From assembly GCA_963779925.1 (NCBI GenBank), contig CAVZZS010000011.1:34974-98973 (forward strand): DNA of 64,000 nt, read 5' to 3'. The notes under the pieces were generated by a model, which ran no database searches, had not been told where the DNA came from, and saw only the letters and a program-made list of their open reading frames with translations. The DNA is from an uncultured Nanoarchaeota archaeon (GTDB lineage: Archaea; Nanobdellota; Nanobdellia; Pacearchaeales; GW2011-AR1). Position numbers and translations under genes: made by a program. Shown here one piece after another: positions 27,994-37,823 of this stretch (the stretch's first letter is position 1; each line of letters begins with the position of its first letter).

Positions 27994-28701
27994 ATGAATT
28001 TTATAGAAAAGATTTTCTTGAACAAATCAGATCATTTAGTTCATTTACAATTTCAAAAATTTAGCAGGGGAACATTCAGCAATAAAGCTTTAATCAGCGC
28101 AAAAAAAACAGGAGACAAATATACTATCTTTACAGATGCTGAATTCGCGAATGAACTAGTGAGAGAAACAGCGGCAAAATTAGGAAACAAAAAAACAAGG
28201 GTGACTGGATCCATCATTTCAACAAGCGATTTGACAGGAAAGTTAGACTTCAACGGCAAAAAGCAATTCCAGGGTGTCAAGAATTATTCAATTGATAAAG
28301 AGATGGACGGAAATGAGATACTAAAACTGCTTAATGAATTTCCAAGGGCATTTTTTGCATTAAGCTTTAAAACGGATGATACTGAACTGAAGATAAAACC
28401 AAAAGCTCCTAAATCTGGAAAGCCGAAAGGCAAAGGTGATGTAAAACCTAAAGTAGATTTCTGTAAGGTTATTACTACTGATTCAAATCTCGGAAAAGGG
28501 TTTGTATTTGAAAAACATGACTTCAAAAAAGCAGATATAAACCATACGTATATTATAGAAAGCATAGAAGTTCCTGAATCATTGAAAAAATCAGAGGATT
28601 TTCTATTGGTAAGAGAAGAATCGAAAAGGAAGGGCAAGATTATAAGAGAAGCTGAAATTGATGGTGAGAAGATGAAAAAAGAGATTAATTTTGAAGCGTA
28701 A
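27994..28701 (+). CDS. Hypothetical soluble basic protein upstream of rpl3
   Basis: 235-aa ORF with its own TATA; HLQFQKFSRG and KPKAPKSGKP...DFC. Confidence 0.75.
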   Translation: MNFIEKIFLNKSDHLVHLQFQKFSRGTFSNKALISAKKTGDKYTIFTDAEFANELVRETAAKLGNKKTRVTGSIISTSDLTGKLDFNGKKQFQGVKNYSIDKEMDGNEILKLLNEFPRAFFALSFKTDDTELKIKPKAPKSGKPKGKGDVKPKVDFCKVITTDSNLGKGFVFEKHDFKKADINHTYIIESIEVPESLKKSEDFLLVREESKRKGKIIREAEIDGEKMKKEINFEA

Positions 28702-28787
28702 ATCAATCAAAAACCTTTAAAAACCTCCTTTTCTCTTAAAATATATTCCAGGGTAGAATAAAATGTTCTCTGCTACAATAATGAGAA

Positions 28788-29738
28788 ATGACACCAAGAA
28801 CGCCAAGAAGCGGAAGTCTGCAATTTTGGCCCAGAAAGCGAGCCAATAAATTTTTACCTAGTGTAAACTGGAGTAGCTTAAAAAAAGATTCTACTAAAGG
28901 ATTGAAAGGATTCATCTGTTACAAAGCAGGCATGGCTTCTGGATTTGTTCTTGATAATACCTCCGATTCAATGACTAAAGGAAAGAAAGTAATAATTCCT
29001 TTAACAATTCTTGAATGCCCAAAAAATAAGATCTTCTCGGTCAGATTCTATAAAAATGGAAAGGTCGCAAAAGAAGTCCTTGCAAAGAACCTTGACAAGG
29101 AATTGAAGAGAGTAGTAAAAATCCCAAAAAAAGAGTTAAGCCATGAACATCTAGAACATGCTAATGAATATGACAATTTGAGAGTCATCATTTACTCTGT
29201 CGTGAAAGGAACAGGAATAAAAAAAACGCCAGATTTAAGCGAAGTTGATCTTGTAGGAAATCTCGAAGAAAAGTTAAATTTCATAAAAGCACATTTGAAC
29301 AAAGAGATATCCGCTCTCGATATTTTTGAAAAAGGAAAATTAATAGACTTAAGGGGATTAACAACCGGAAAGGGATTGCAGGGACCTGTTAAAAGATTTG
29401 GAATAACCTTAAAATCACACAAATCTGAAAAAGGACAAAGAAGACCAGGAAGCCTTGGTCCATGGCATCCAGCAAGAGTTACTTTCAGAGCACCAATGGC
29501 CGGACAACTTGGAATGTTCACAAGAGTCATTTACAATAATAAAATAGTAGATTTAGGCAGTTCTGAAAAAAATCCAAATTTCAAAAATATAAAAAATTTC
29601 GGAGATATAAAAACGGACTATATTCTCGTAAGAGGCTCGGTTCAGGGACCTTCAAAGAGACAATTGCTAATTACTCCTTCTTTCAGAGAAACTAAAAAAC
29701 AAGCTAAAAAAGATTTCCAGCTTATTGAATTAAGATAA
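28788..29738 (+). CDS. rpl3: 50S ribosomal protein L3
   Basis: PRSGSLQFWPRKRA, GKGLQGPVKRFG, GSLGPWHP. Confidence 0.97.
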   Translation: MTPRTPRSGSLQFWPRKRANKFLPSVNWSSLKKDSTKGLKGFICYKAGMASGFVLDNTSDSMTKGKKVIIPLTILECPKNKIFSVRFYKNGKVAKEVLAKNLDKELKRVVKIPKKELSHEHLEHANEYDNLRVIIYSVVKGTGIKKTPDLSEVDLVGNLEEKLNFIKAHLNKEISALDIFEKGKLIDLRGLTTGKGLQGPVKRFGITLKSHKSEKGQRRPGSLGPWHPARVTFRAPMAGQLGMFTRVIYNNKIVDLGSSEKNPNFKNIKNFGDIKTDYILVRGSVQGPSKRQLLITPSFRETKKQAKKDFQLIELR

Positions 29739-29739
29739 A

Positions 29740-30537
29740 ATGAAAACTCATCTTTTAGACAATCAGGGAAAAAGCATAAAAGAAATTGAATTACCTAGCT
29801 TCTTCTCTGCGAAAATAAGAGAAGATTTGGTTTCTAAGATTCTTGAAGCCAAAAAGAAGAAACAGCCTTACTCTCCTTCCCCGGTTGCAGGAAAACAGCA
29901 TGCTGCACGTGGAAAAGTCAATCACAGAAGACATGTATGGAGAAGCGGCTATGGAAGGGGCGGTTCCAGAATCCCAAGAAAAATCATGTCACGAAGAGGT
30001 ACGCAGTTTAACTGGGTAGGAGCCGAAGTTTCCGGTACTAGAGGCGGAATGAGAGCCCACCCTCCACATATATTGTCCATGATGGAACTTCCAAAGATAA
30101 ACAAAAAAGAAATGAAAATCGCATTTATGTCCGCTCTAAGTTCAACGGCTAATATTGAAGAATTAAAAAAGAAATACAGCACTCTCAGCGACGAGAAGAT
30201 TGAACATCATTTACCGATAGTTGTATCTGAATTAAATTTCAATAAAACAAAAGAATTAATTTCAAGCCTCAAAAAGATTCTCGGAAAACAACTTTTCGAA
30301 GTCAGCTTGCAGAAAAAAAGTGTCAGAAGCGGAAAAGGAAAATTGAGGGGAAGAAAATACAAGAAAAGTGCAGGGTTACTTATTGTTATAGGCAATGAAG
30401 AAAAATTGAGTCTTACTGGTTTTGATATAAGAAAAGCAAACAGCGTTGATGTTATTGATTTAGCAAATGGCGGATTAGGAAGATTAACATTGTATACTGA
30501 AAAAGCAATTAAAGATCTTGAAATGAGAATAAAATGA
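29740..30537 (+). CDS. rpl4: 50S ribosomal protein L4
   Basis: GYGRGGSRIPR, GGMRAHPP, GRLTLYTE. Confidence 0.96.
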   Translation: MKTHLLDNQGKSIKEIELPSFFSAKIREDLVSKILEAKKKKQPYSPSPVAGKQHAARGKVNHRRHVWRSGYGRGGSRIPRKIMSRRGTQFNWVGAEVSGTRGGMRAHPPHILSMMELPKINKKEMKIAFMSALSSTANIEELKKKYSTLSDEKIEHHLPIVVSELNFNKTKELISSLKKILGKQLFEVSLQKKSVRSGKGKLRGRKYKKSAGLLIVIGNEEKLSLTGFDIRKANSVDVIDLANGGLGRLTLYTEKAIKDLEMRIK

Positions 30538-30809
30538 AAAATAAAATTGAAAATAAAGCAGATGTATTGCAACTTAAACCTCTAGTTACAGAAAAGGCAG
30601 TAATGTTAATAGAATCACAAAATGTTTTGACCTTCAAACTGGGACTAGGCGCAACAAGAGATCAAATCAAAAAAGAAGTTGAAAGCCTCTTTGATGTTAA
30701 AGTCGAAAAAATAAGAGTGATGAATAGAAATAGCAAAAAATATGCTTATGTTAAATTAAATGCCAAACATCCTGCAATAGACATTGCAACGAAGCTAGGA
30801 CTAATCTAA
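30534..30809 (+). CDS. rpl23: 50S ribosomal protein L23
   Basis: PLVTEKA...KYAYVKL...IATKLGLI. Confidence 0.96.
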   Translation: MKNKIENKADVLQLKPLVTEKAVMLIESQNVLTFKLGLGATRDQIKKEVESLFDVKVEKIRVMNRNSKKYAYVKLNAKHPAIDIATKLGLI

Positions 30810-31513
30810 TGGGTAAAAGAATAATTTCACAGGCAAGAGGGCATGGAAGCCTTTCATATAGAGTAAAAAGACAATCTTTCAAATATAGAATGCAGTATCC
30901 AAATCAAATTAACGGCGAAGGAATTGTTTTGAAATTACTTAATTCTCTTGCACATTCTGCACCTTTAGCAAAAATAAAATATGACAAAGGGACATTTTAT
31001 ATGCCTGCATTTAAAGGAATGATTGAAGGACAGAAAATTAATTTCGGTAAGTCGGAAAAGAACAAATCGGGGGATATATTGAGAATAAAAGATATTCCTG
31101 TTAAAACACAGATATACTGCATTGAAGCCCGCCCTGGTGATGGAGGGATTTTCATTAAGACTGCAGGAAATTATGGGACTGTAAGCAGAATTATAGGCGA
31201 GAAGATTTTTGTGCTAATGCCATCAAAGAAAGAAAGACAATTTGACCCGAATTGCAGAGCAGTATTAGGAGTAATTGCAGGAGCGGGAAGATTAGACAAG
31301 CCGATAATCAAAGCGGGAAAACAACATTTTATTAAGAAGTCAAAAGGCGGAAGAATATGGCCAAGAACCTCGGCTATCAAAGTCAATGCAATAGACCACT
31401 ATTTCGGTTCAGGAAGAGGTAAGAATCCAAAGAGCAAGATTGCGAAGAGAAATGCTCCTCCTGGAAGAAGAGTGGGACATTTAAGACCAAAGAGAACAGG
31501 TAGGAAGAAATAA
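30809..31513 (+). CDS. rpl2: 50S ribosomal protein L2
   Basis: MGKRIISQARG, RPGDGG, NAIDHYFG, APPGRRVG. Confidence 0.96.
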   Translation: MGKRIISQARGHGSLSYRVKRQSFKYRMQYPNQINGEGIVLKLLNSLAHSAPLAKIKYDKGTFYMPAFKGMIEGQKINFGKSEKNKSGDILRIKDIPVKTQIYCIEARPGDGGIFIKTAGNYGTVSRIIGEKIFVLMPSKKERQFDPNCRAVLGVIAGAGRLDKPIIKAGKQHFIKKSKGGRIWPRTSAIKVNAIDHYFGSGRGKNPKSKIAKRNAPPGRRVGHLRPKRTGRKK

Positions 31514-31515
31514 CA

Positions 31516-31926
31516 ATGGAAAATGATAAGATCGAAGTAAAGAAAAAGGAATTCATGTATAGAGGAAAATCTCTTGATGAATTGAAAACCTTAGAAGTCA
31601 GAGAATTTGCCCAATATCTCAAGTCAAGACAGAGAAGAGCCGCATTGCGACAGTTCAATGAAATAGAAAAGTTCATCGCAAGATCACAAAAGAAAATTTC
31701 AAAGAACAAGCAAGTTAAGACTCACAGCAGAGATTTAGTCATTGTTCCAAAAATGGTTGGTATGAGAATCAGTATTCATACTGGACGAATTTTCGAACCA
31801 ATTGAAATAACGGGAAATATGCTTGGGCACAGACTTGGAGAATTCGCATTGACAAGAGCAAAGGTCAAACATGGAAGCGCGGGTGTCGGAGCAACTAAGG
31901 GAAGTAAATCAAAATCTAAGAAATAA
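31516..31926 (+). CDS. rps19: 30S ribosomal protein S19
   Basis: KTHSRD, MLGHRLGEFALTR. Confidence 0.97.
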   Translation: MENDKIEVKKKEFMYRGKSLDELKTLEVREFAQYLKSRQRRAALRQFNEIEKFIARSQKKISKNKQVKTHSRDLVIVPKMVGMRISIHTGRIFEPIEITGNMLGHRLGEFALTRAKVKHGSAGVGATKGSKSKSKK

Positions 31927-31928
31927 AA

Positions 31929-32447
31929 ATGACAGAAATACAAGAAGCTAAAATGGAAGAGAAGAAAGAAGAAAAGATAATTGAAACTGCAAAAGAAAAA
32001 GCAGAAGAGAAAAAGGAATCTAAGAAAGAAGCCAAGAAACCGAAGACAGAGGCGTTCGTAAATTCCTTCAATGCACATCTTTCCACAAAAACAAGCGCTT
32101 ATGTATGCAAATTCATAAAAAATAAAAGCATTGAATCGGCCATTAGCGATTTAGAAATGGTCATTGCGAAGAAAAAAGTTGTTCCAATGAAAGGAGAAAT
32201 ACCACATAGAAAAGGAAAAGGAATAATGGCAGGAAGATATCCAAGAAATGCAGCAGAACATTTTATCCAATTATTGAAGACACTTAAAGGCAATTCAAAT
32301 GTAAACGGTATTGAAGAACCGATTATTGTTGAAGCGGTTGCAAACCTTGGAGAGAGACCATTTGGGAAATATGGCGCTGTAAGAAGAAAAAGGACACATA
32401 TAAGAATAGTCGCTAAAAATAAAGTAACTAAGGAGAAAAAGAAATAA
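31929..32447 (+). CDS. rpl22: 50S ribosomal protein L22
   Basis: GRYPRNAA, RTHIRIV; operon position. Confidence 0.95.
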   Translation: MTEIQEAKMEEKKEEKIIETAKEKAEEKKESKKEAKKPKTEAFVNSFNAHLSTKTSAYVCKFIKNKSIESAISDLEMVIAKKKVVPMKGEIPHRKGKGIMAGRYPRNAAEHFIQLLKTLKGNSNVNGIEEPIIVEAVANLGERPFGKYGAVRRKRTHIRIVAKNKVTKEKKK

Positions 32448-32448
32448 A

Positions 32449-33117
32449 ATGGAAGAAAAAAATGTTGTAAAGTTCAAGAAAGATGAATTCGCAATCAAAG
32501 AATTTGTGAAAAATTCAGTCGGAAGAGGAAAAGTCAGCAGAGTACAAATAGAATATACTCCTGTTGGTGAAAAGATAATTATCTCCACGCACAAAACCGG
32601 CTTAGTAATCGGAAGAGGCGGGGAAAGAATTGATGAATTGACAAGAATCCTTAAAACAAAATTCAAATTAGAGAACCCTCATCTTGAGATAGAAGAAATC
32701 AGACATCCAGAATTTGATGCGCAAATTACTGCAGATGAAATTGCATTGGGATTAGAAAGATTCGGTCCCCTTAGATTCAAGGTAATTGCATACAGAACCT
32801 TGCAAAAGATCATTGAAGCTAAAGCTCTCGGCGCTGAAATCAGATTAAGCGGAAAGCTTCCGGGTGCAAGAGCAAAGTCCTGGAGATTTGCACAAGGATA
32901 TCTTAAGAAAACAGGAGAAAGCGCAAATGTTGTGGACCGGGCCCAATCAAGAGCAGAAACAAGGCCGGGAACTGTCGGAGTAAAAGTCGGAATCCTGCCT
33001 CCAGATGCTATCCTAAAAGATAAAATCATAATCAATGACGAATTAATTGAAAAATTAAAGGCAAATGCTCAATTCAAAGAAGAATCCCCAATTAAAGTAA
33101 AGAAACATAAAAAATGA
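32449..33117 (+). CDS. rps3: 30S ribosomal protein S3
   Basis: GLVIGRGG KH domain, GAEIRLSGKL. Confidence 0.97.
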   Translation: MEEKNVVKFKKDEFAIKEFVKNSVGRGKVSRVQIEYTPVGEKIIISTHKTGLVIGRGGERIDELTRILKTKFKLENPHLEIEEIRHPEFDAQITADEIALGLERFGPLRFKVIAYRTLQKIIEAKALGAEIRLSGKLPGARAKSWRFAQGYLKKTGESANVVDRAQSRAETRPGTVGVKVGILPPDAILKDKIIINDELIEKLKANAQFKEESPIKVKKHKK

Positions 33118-33281
33118 AATCAAAAGAATTTAAAGAAATGAACAAGGAAGAAAGGGAAAGCAAACTCAAGGAATTAAAATTAGAATTAGTAAAGTCAAAA
33201 GTCAATGCTTCCAAGGGCGGAAGTTCAAAAATAAAAAACATTAAAAAAACAATAGCCCAGATACTCACACTCAACAAATAA
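33114..33281 (+). CDS. rpl29: 50S ribosomal protein L29 (not in the ORF track)
   Basis: MKSKEFKEM...LKELKLEL...KIKNIKKTIAQILT, 55 aa, between rps3 and sui1. Confidence 0.92.
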   Translation: MKSKEFKEMNKEERESKLKELKLELVKSKVNASKGGSSKIKNIKKTIAQILTLNK

Positions 33282-33282
33282 A

Positions 33283-33570
33283 ATGAATATATGTCCAAAA
33301 TGCGGATTGCCTTTAGAGGCATGCGTTTGTGAACAGATTGTTAAAGCCGGTCAGAAGATACGAGTGACCTTAGACAAGAAGAAGTACGGAAAGACCGTTA
33401 CGATTGTCTCGGGCTTCGACAAAGGCGTGGACGTCAGAAAGGTCGCAAAAGACCTGAAAAACGAACTGGCCTGTGGCGGAACCTACGAGGGAAATTCCGT
33501 GGAACTTCAGGGAGATCACTTGAGGAAGATAAAACCAGTCTTGGAGAAGATGGGCTTTAACATAGAATAA
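33283..33570 (+). CDS. sui1: Translation initiation factor aIF1/SUI1
   Basis: CPKCGLP, LKNELACGGT, ELQGDH. Confidence 0.95.
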   Translation: MNICPKCGLPLEACVCEQIVKAGQKIRVTLDKKKYGKTVTIVSGFDKGVDVRKVAKDLKNELACGGTYEGNSVELQGDHLRKIKPVLEKMGFNIE

Positions 33571-33585
33571 ACAAACAAAAACGAA

Positions 33586-33942
33586 ATGAAAACGAAAATG
33601 GAAGAAATGAAAAAAAAGAAAACTCCGGAAATAGTGAGAACTACCTGCCATGATATTGATTGTCCTTTCCATGGGAGATTAAGCGTCAGGGGAAGAGCAT
33701 TTGAAGGAGTTGTAATAAGCAAAGCTCACAAAAGAATTGCAATCGAATTCGAAAGAACAATCTACGTAAGAAAATATGAAAGATATGCTAAACTCAAGAC
33801 AAAAATTCATGCTCGACTTCCCTTATGCCTTGATAAAGAAGTCAATATTGGGGATTACATAAGAATAGAAGAATGCAGACCATTGAGCAAGATCATCCAT
33901 TTTGTAGTTACAAACAAAATTCGTTCAGGAGAAGGAAAATGA
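33586..33942 (+). CDS. rps17: 30S ribosomal protein S17
   Basis: CPFHGRLSVRG, ECRPLSK. Confidence 0.96.
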   Translation: MKTKMEEMKKKKTPEIVRTTCHDIDCPFHGRLSVRGRAFEGVVISKAHKRIAIEFERTIYVRKYERYAKLKTKIHARLPLCLDKEVNIGDYIRIEECRPLSKIIHFVVTNKIRSGEGK

Positions 33943-34340
33943 AGGCAATAGGCGCTAGAGCAACAAGAGCTTTGAATGTTGGAGCAATGGTAATCGCAGC
34001 AGATAACAGCGGAGCAAGGATTGTAAGAATTGTCTCTGCCAAAAGATGGAAAGGTAAGAAAGGAAGACAAACAACTGCAAAAATCGGCGATTGGGTAAAA
34101 GTCAGCGTAAGAAAAGGCCTGCCAGACATGAGAGGAAAAGTATTCGATGCAATAGTCATCAGACAAAAAAAATCATACAGAAGATTAAATGGAGAAAGAA
34201 TAGCATTCGAAGATAATGCTGTCGCACTCTTGAAAGATGAAAAGGGAAATCCTAAAGGAACGCAAATAAAGGGCCCTGTAGCAAGAGAAATTATGGAGAG
34301 ATGGCCACAAGTAGCTAAAATTGCGTCAACGGTATACTAA
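33939..34340 (+). CDS. rpl14: 50S ribosomal protein L14
   Basis: ADNSGA, FEDNAV, KGPVARE; ATG at 33939. Confidence 0.96.
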   Translation: MKAIGARATRALNVGAMVIAADNSGARIVRIVSAKRWKGKKGRQTTAKIGDWVKVSVRKGLPDMRGKVFDAIVIRQKKSYRRLNGERIAFEDNAVALLKDEKGNPKGTQIKGPVAREIMERWPQVAKIASTVY

Positions 34341-34341
34341 A

Positions 34342-34740
34342 ATGAAAAATAAATTTAAGAAAAGCTGGAAAGCAAGCAGACAACCTCGAAAGCAGAGGAA
34401 ATATCTAGCTAAAGCTCCGCTCCACATAAAGAAAAAATTTGTGAGTGCAAATCTCTCTGAAGATTTAAGAAAAAAATACGGCACAAGAAATCTCTCTATA
34501 AGAAAAGGAGACACTGTCAAAATCATGAGAGGAAAGTTCAAAGGCAAGAGAGGTAAAGTTACCAAGGTCCTATTAAAGACTTCAAAAATCATTATTGATG
34601 GAATCCAAATAAAAAAGAAAGATGGATCAAAAATAGATGTCAAAATGGAACCCTCAAATTTGCAGATACTAGAATTGAATCTTGATGATAAAAAAAGAAT
34701 TAAAAGCAAAGAAAAAACAGAAGTTAAGGAGAATAAATAA
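34342..34740 (+). CDS. rpl24: 50S ribosomal protein L24
   Basis: SRQPRKQRKY, GDTVKIMRG; ATG at 34342. Confidence 0.96.
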   Translation: MKNKFKKSWKASRQPRKQRKYLAKAPLHIKKKFVSANLSEDLRKKYGTRNLSIRKGDTVKIMRGKFKGKRGKVTKVLLKTSKIIIDGIQIKKKDGSKIDVKMEPSNLQILELNLDDKKRIKSKEKTEVKENK

Positions 34741-34741
34741 A

Positions 34742-35407
34742 ATGCATTTGAAAAGACAGGAAAGTCCAAAAAGCTGGCCTATTGAAAGGAAAGGAACGAC
34801 TTACTTAGTAAGACCCAACTACAGCATATATCAGGGAGTTCCGATATTAATTATTATCAGAGACATGCTTAAATTTGCAAAAGATAGAAGAGAAGTAAAA
34901 AAAGCCCTTAATTCCAAACAGATTTTATTGAACCAAAGAATTGTTTTTGATGACAAAGACAATGCTGTCCTATTTGATGTTATAACAATTATTCCTCCAA
35001 AAGAAAGCAATTTGCCTGAAAAGAATTACCGAGTATTGATAGGGAAGAATAAGAAATTTGAATTGAAAGAAATTCACCAATCCGAATCAGAACATAAAAT
35101 AGCAAAAGTCATTAACAAAACGACATTAAAAGGAAAGAAAACACAGATAAATCTTAGCGATGGAAGAAATTTCATTTCTGATCTTAAATGCAAGATGAAT
35201 GATTCTGTTTTAGTAAATTTAAAAAATAAAAAAATTGAAAAGTGCATACCTATGAAAAAAGATGCTAAGGCAATCGTATTTTCAGGAAAGCATGCCGGCG
35301 GGGAAGGAATAATAAAAGAAATTGACGAAGAAAAAAACATTGCAAGATTAGAAAGTCATGGAGAGATAATTAATATTTTAATTAAACAAATTATGGTGCT
35401 AGAATGA
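34742..35407 (+). CDS. rps4e: 30S ribosomal protein S4e
   Basis: MHLKR...SWPIERK, QINLSDGRN, SGKHAG; ATG at 34742. Confidence 0.93.
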   Translation: MHLKRQESPKSWPIERKGTTYLVRPNYSIYQGVPILIIIRDMLKFAKDRREVKKALNSKQILLNQRIVFDDKDNAVLFDVITIIPPKESNLPEKNYRVLIGKNKKFELKEIHQSESEHKIAKVINKTTLKGKKTQINLSDGRNFISDLKCKMNDSVLVNLKNKKIEKCIPMKKDAKAIVFSGKHAGGEGIIKEIDEEKNIARLESHGEIINILIKQIMVLE

Positions 35408-35901
35408 GCAAGGATATGAGAGAGATAAAAATAGAGAAGCTGGTAATCAGTGTAGGCGGAACTGAAGATAAACTGGAAAAGAACACTAAATTAATAGAAT
35501 TACTTACTGGAAGAAAAGCTGCAAAAATGAAGACAAGAAAAAGAATTCCTACTTTAAGTGTAAGACCAAATTTGAATGTTGGATCTGTAATTACGATAAG
35601 AAGGGATTTTGATGAGTTATTAAGAAGATTATTGGTTGCTGTGGATAATAAAATAAGAAAAAAACAAATCAGTGAAAATACATTCTCATTTGGAATCAAA
35701 GAGTACATTGAAGTTCCAGGATTAGAATATCAAAGAGATCTCGGAATTACCGGTTTCGATGTTACATTGACTTTCAAAAGAGCGGGAAAAAGGATTCAGC
35801 TCAGAAGAATAAGAAATAAGAGTCTTCCTAGAAAACAGAGAATCAGCAAGGAAGAAATAATTAAATATATGGAAGAAAAGTATCAGACGAGGTTTAGATA
35901 A
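35404..35901 (+). CDS. rpl5: 50S ribosomal protein L5
   Basis: [18 protein letters not shown]. Confidence 0.95.
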   Translation: MSKDMREIKIEKLVISVGGTEDKLEKNTKLIELLTGRKAAKMKTRKRIPTLSVRPNLNVGSVITIRRDFDELLRRLLVAVDNKIRKKQISENTFSFGIKEYIEVPGLEYQRDLGITGFDVTLTFKRAGKRIQLRRIRNKSLPRKQRISKEEIIKYMEEKYQTRFR

Positions 35902-35902
35902 A

Positions 35903-36133
35903 ATGACAGCAAGCGATTGGAGAAAAATATTGAAACAGCTCAAGGACAAACCCGTTGTAATGGATAAGTTCATTAGACATAACAAGCCTAAGGTCAGAAA
36001 GAATGGAATTGCATTGAATAAATGCGAGAGATGCGGAAGATTTGGAGCTCATATAGGTTCATACGGATTAAATTTATGCAGACAATGTTTCAGAGAAATC
36101 GCTGTAGATATTGGTTTCAAAAAATATTCATAA
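35903..36133 (+). CDS. rps14: 30S ribosomal protein S14
   Basis: CERCG...LCRQCFRE...GFKKY. Confidence 0.96.
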   Translation: MTASDWRKILKQLKDKPVVMDKFIRHNKPKVRKNGIALNKCERCGRFGAHIGSYGLNLCRQCFREIAVDIGFKKYS

Positions 36134-36134
36134 A

Positions 36135-36515
36135 ATGGCACAAGATATAGTAGCAGATGCATTGAACATGATAAAGAATGCCAAAAAGGCCGGAAGAGAT
36201 AGTGTCAAGATTGACAGAATCTCGAATCTCCTAATTGAAATCCTCAAAATAATGAAACAAAAGGAAGCCATCAAGAGATATAAGATAGATAGTAAAAACA
36301 GAAGCGTTGAGGTTGTCTTTGGAGATTTCTTGGAATGCAAATCGATTAAACCAAGATTTACGGTAAACAAAGACCAAATAGAAAAATACAGGAAAAGATA
36401 TTTGCCAGCAAGGAATATCGGAACAATAATCATCTCAACTAACAAAGGTTTGATGAGCCATGAAGAAGCAATGGAGAAAGGAGTCGGAGGAATCTTAATT
36501 TCCTACTTTTATTAA
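36135..36515 (+). CDS. rps8: 30S ribosomal protein S8
   Basis: DIVADALNMIKNA, IKPRF, ISTNKGLMSH; ATG at 36135. Confidence 0.96.
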   Translation: MAQDIVADALNMIKNAKKAGRDSVKIDRISNLLIEILKIMKQKEAIKRYKIDSKNRSVEVVFGDFLECKSIKPRFTVNKDQIEKYRKRYLPARNIGTIIISTNKGLMSHEEAMEKGVGGILISYFY

Positions 36516-36516
36516 A

Positions 36517-37057
36517 ATGAAAAAAGAAATTTCACAAAAGATAGAAATTCCGCAGAATACCGAGATAGTCATAGAAGGAAACATCATAATCGTTAAAGGC
36601 GTCCATGGAGAAAACAGAAGAAAATTAGATCTGAAAGAATTGGAAATTCATAAAGAAGATAATCATTTAACCATAAGCTGCAAGAAAGCAACAAAAAAGG
36701 AAAAAAAGAGAATAAATACCTCAATAGCACACATAAAAAATATGATTAAAGGTGTTTCAAATAAATTTGAATACCAAATGAAGATATGCTTCTCACATTT
36801 CCCAATAACTGCAGAAGTGAAAGGCCATGAATTGATTATAAAAAATTTCTTGGGCGAAAAGCAGAATAGAAAATCAAAAATCCCTAAAGGAGCAGAGATA
36901 AATGTGGGCAAAGAAATCATAACCATAAATTCAATAGACAAGGAAATTGCTGGACAGGCCTGCAAATATTGAAACGGCAACTAAAATCAGAAATAGGGAT
37001 AAAAGAGTTTTCCAGGATGGAATTTTCATTATAAATAAAGCAGGAAAAGAAATATGA
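36517..37057 (+). CDS. rpl6: 50S ribosomal protein L6, frameshifted near 36960 in this sequence
   Basis: [12 protein letters not shown]. The conserved C-terminus [23 protein letters not shown] continues in the +1 frame to a TGA at 37055-37057 that overlaps the rpl32e ATG. Confidence 0.93.
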
Positions 37058-37419
37058 CCGCAAAATTTGTGAGAAGAACCTGGAACAAATACTCAAAGCT
37101 CGGACTTAGGAGGAAAAAGAAACAAGTCTGGAGAAGGCCTCATGGAAGAGATAACAAGATGAGAGAGAAGAGAGGAGGCTATCCTCCAGTAGTAAGCATT
37201 GGTTACAGAGGAGAAAAAGCATTCAGAGGAAAAATAGAAGAAAAGAATGCTGTAATGGTAAAGAATCTAAAGGATCTTTCAAAAATTAAAAAAGGAGAAA
37301 TCGCAATCATAGGAAAAATCGGGAAAAAGAATAAATTAGAAATTGCCAAAAAGGCAAAAAATGAAAACATTCCAATTTACAATCTGAATATAAATAAATT
37401 CCTTAAACAAGCAAAATGA
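37054..37419 (+). CDS. rpl32e: 50S ribosomal protein L32e
   Basis: [12 protein letters not shown]...SIGY. Confidence 0.93.
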   Translation: MTAKFVRRTWNKYSKLGLRRKKKQVWRRPHGRDNKMREKRGGYPPVVSIGYRGEKAFRGKIEEKNAVMVKNLKDLSKIKKGEIAIIGKIGKKNKLEIAKKAKNENIPIYNLNINKFLKQAK

Positions 37420-37823
37420 AACTCGATAAGAAAAAAGCTTTAGCTGCAAGAATTTTTGGAGTTGGAAAGAAAAGAATAATCTTCGTTGAGCCAAGACTTG
37501 ATGAAATCAAAGAAGCAATTACAAAGGATGATATCCGAGCCTTGAGAGCAGATGGAGCAATAATAATTAGAGAGATAAAAGCAAAAAGATCCACACAAAA
37601 AAGGAAGGTTAAGAGAAGTCCAGGGAACATCAGAAAGAATGCAAAAAACAGAAAAAGGGAGTATATCACAATTACAAGAAAATTAAGAAAAGACGTCCAA
37701 GACTTAAAAAACAAAAACCTTTTAACGAAGGAACAAACAGTAGATATCAGAAAGAAAATCAGAAACAGATATTTCAGAAGTAAATCTCATCTAAAGGAAT
37801 ATATTAGCACATTAGAAAAATGA
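37416..37823 (+). CDS. rpl19e: 50S ribosomal protein L19e
   Basis: LAARIFGVGKKRI, AITKDDIRAL. Confidence 0.94.
   Translation: MKLDKKKALAARIFGVGKKRIIFVEPRLDEIKEAITKDDIRALRADGAIIIREIKAKRSTQKRKVKRSPGNIRKNAKNRKREYITITRKLRKDVQDLKNKNLLTKEQTVDIRKKIRNRYFRSKSHLKEYISTLEK

Noticed and set aside
36950..36972. Programmed ribosomal frameshifting or true pseudogene for rpl6
   Set aside because: No slippery site or stimulatory structure, the gene is essential and both halves are intact; sequence error is more parsimonious.
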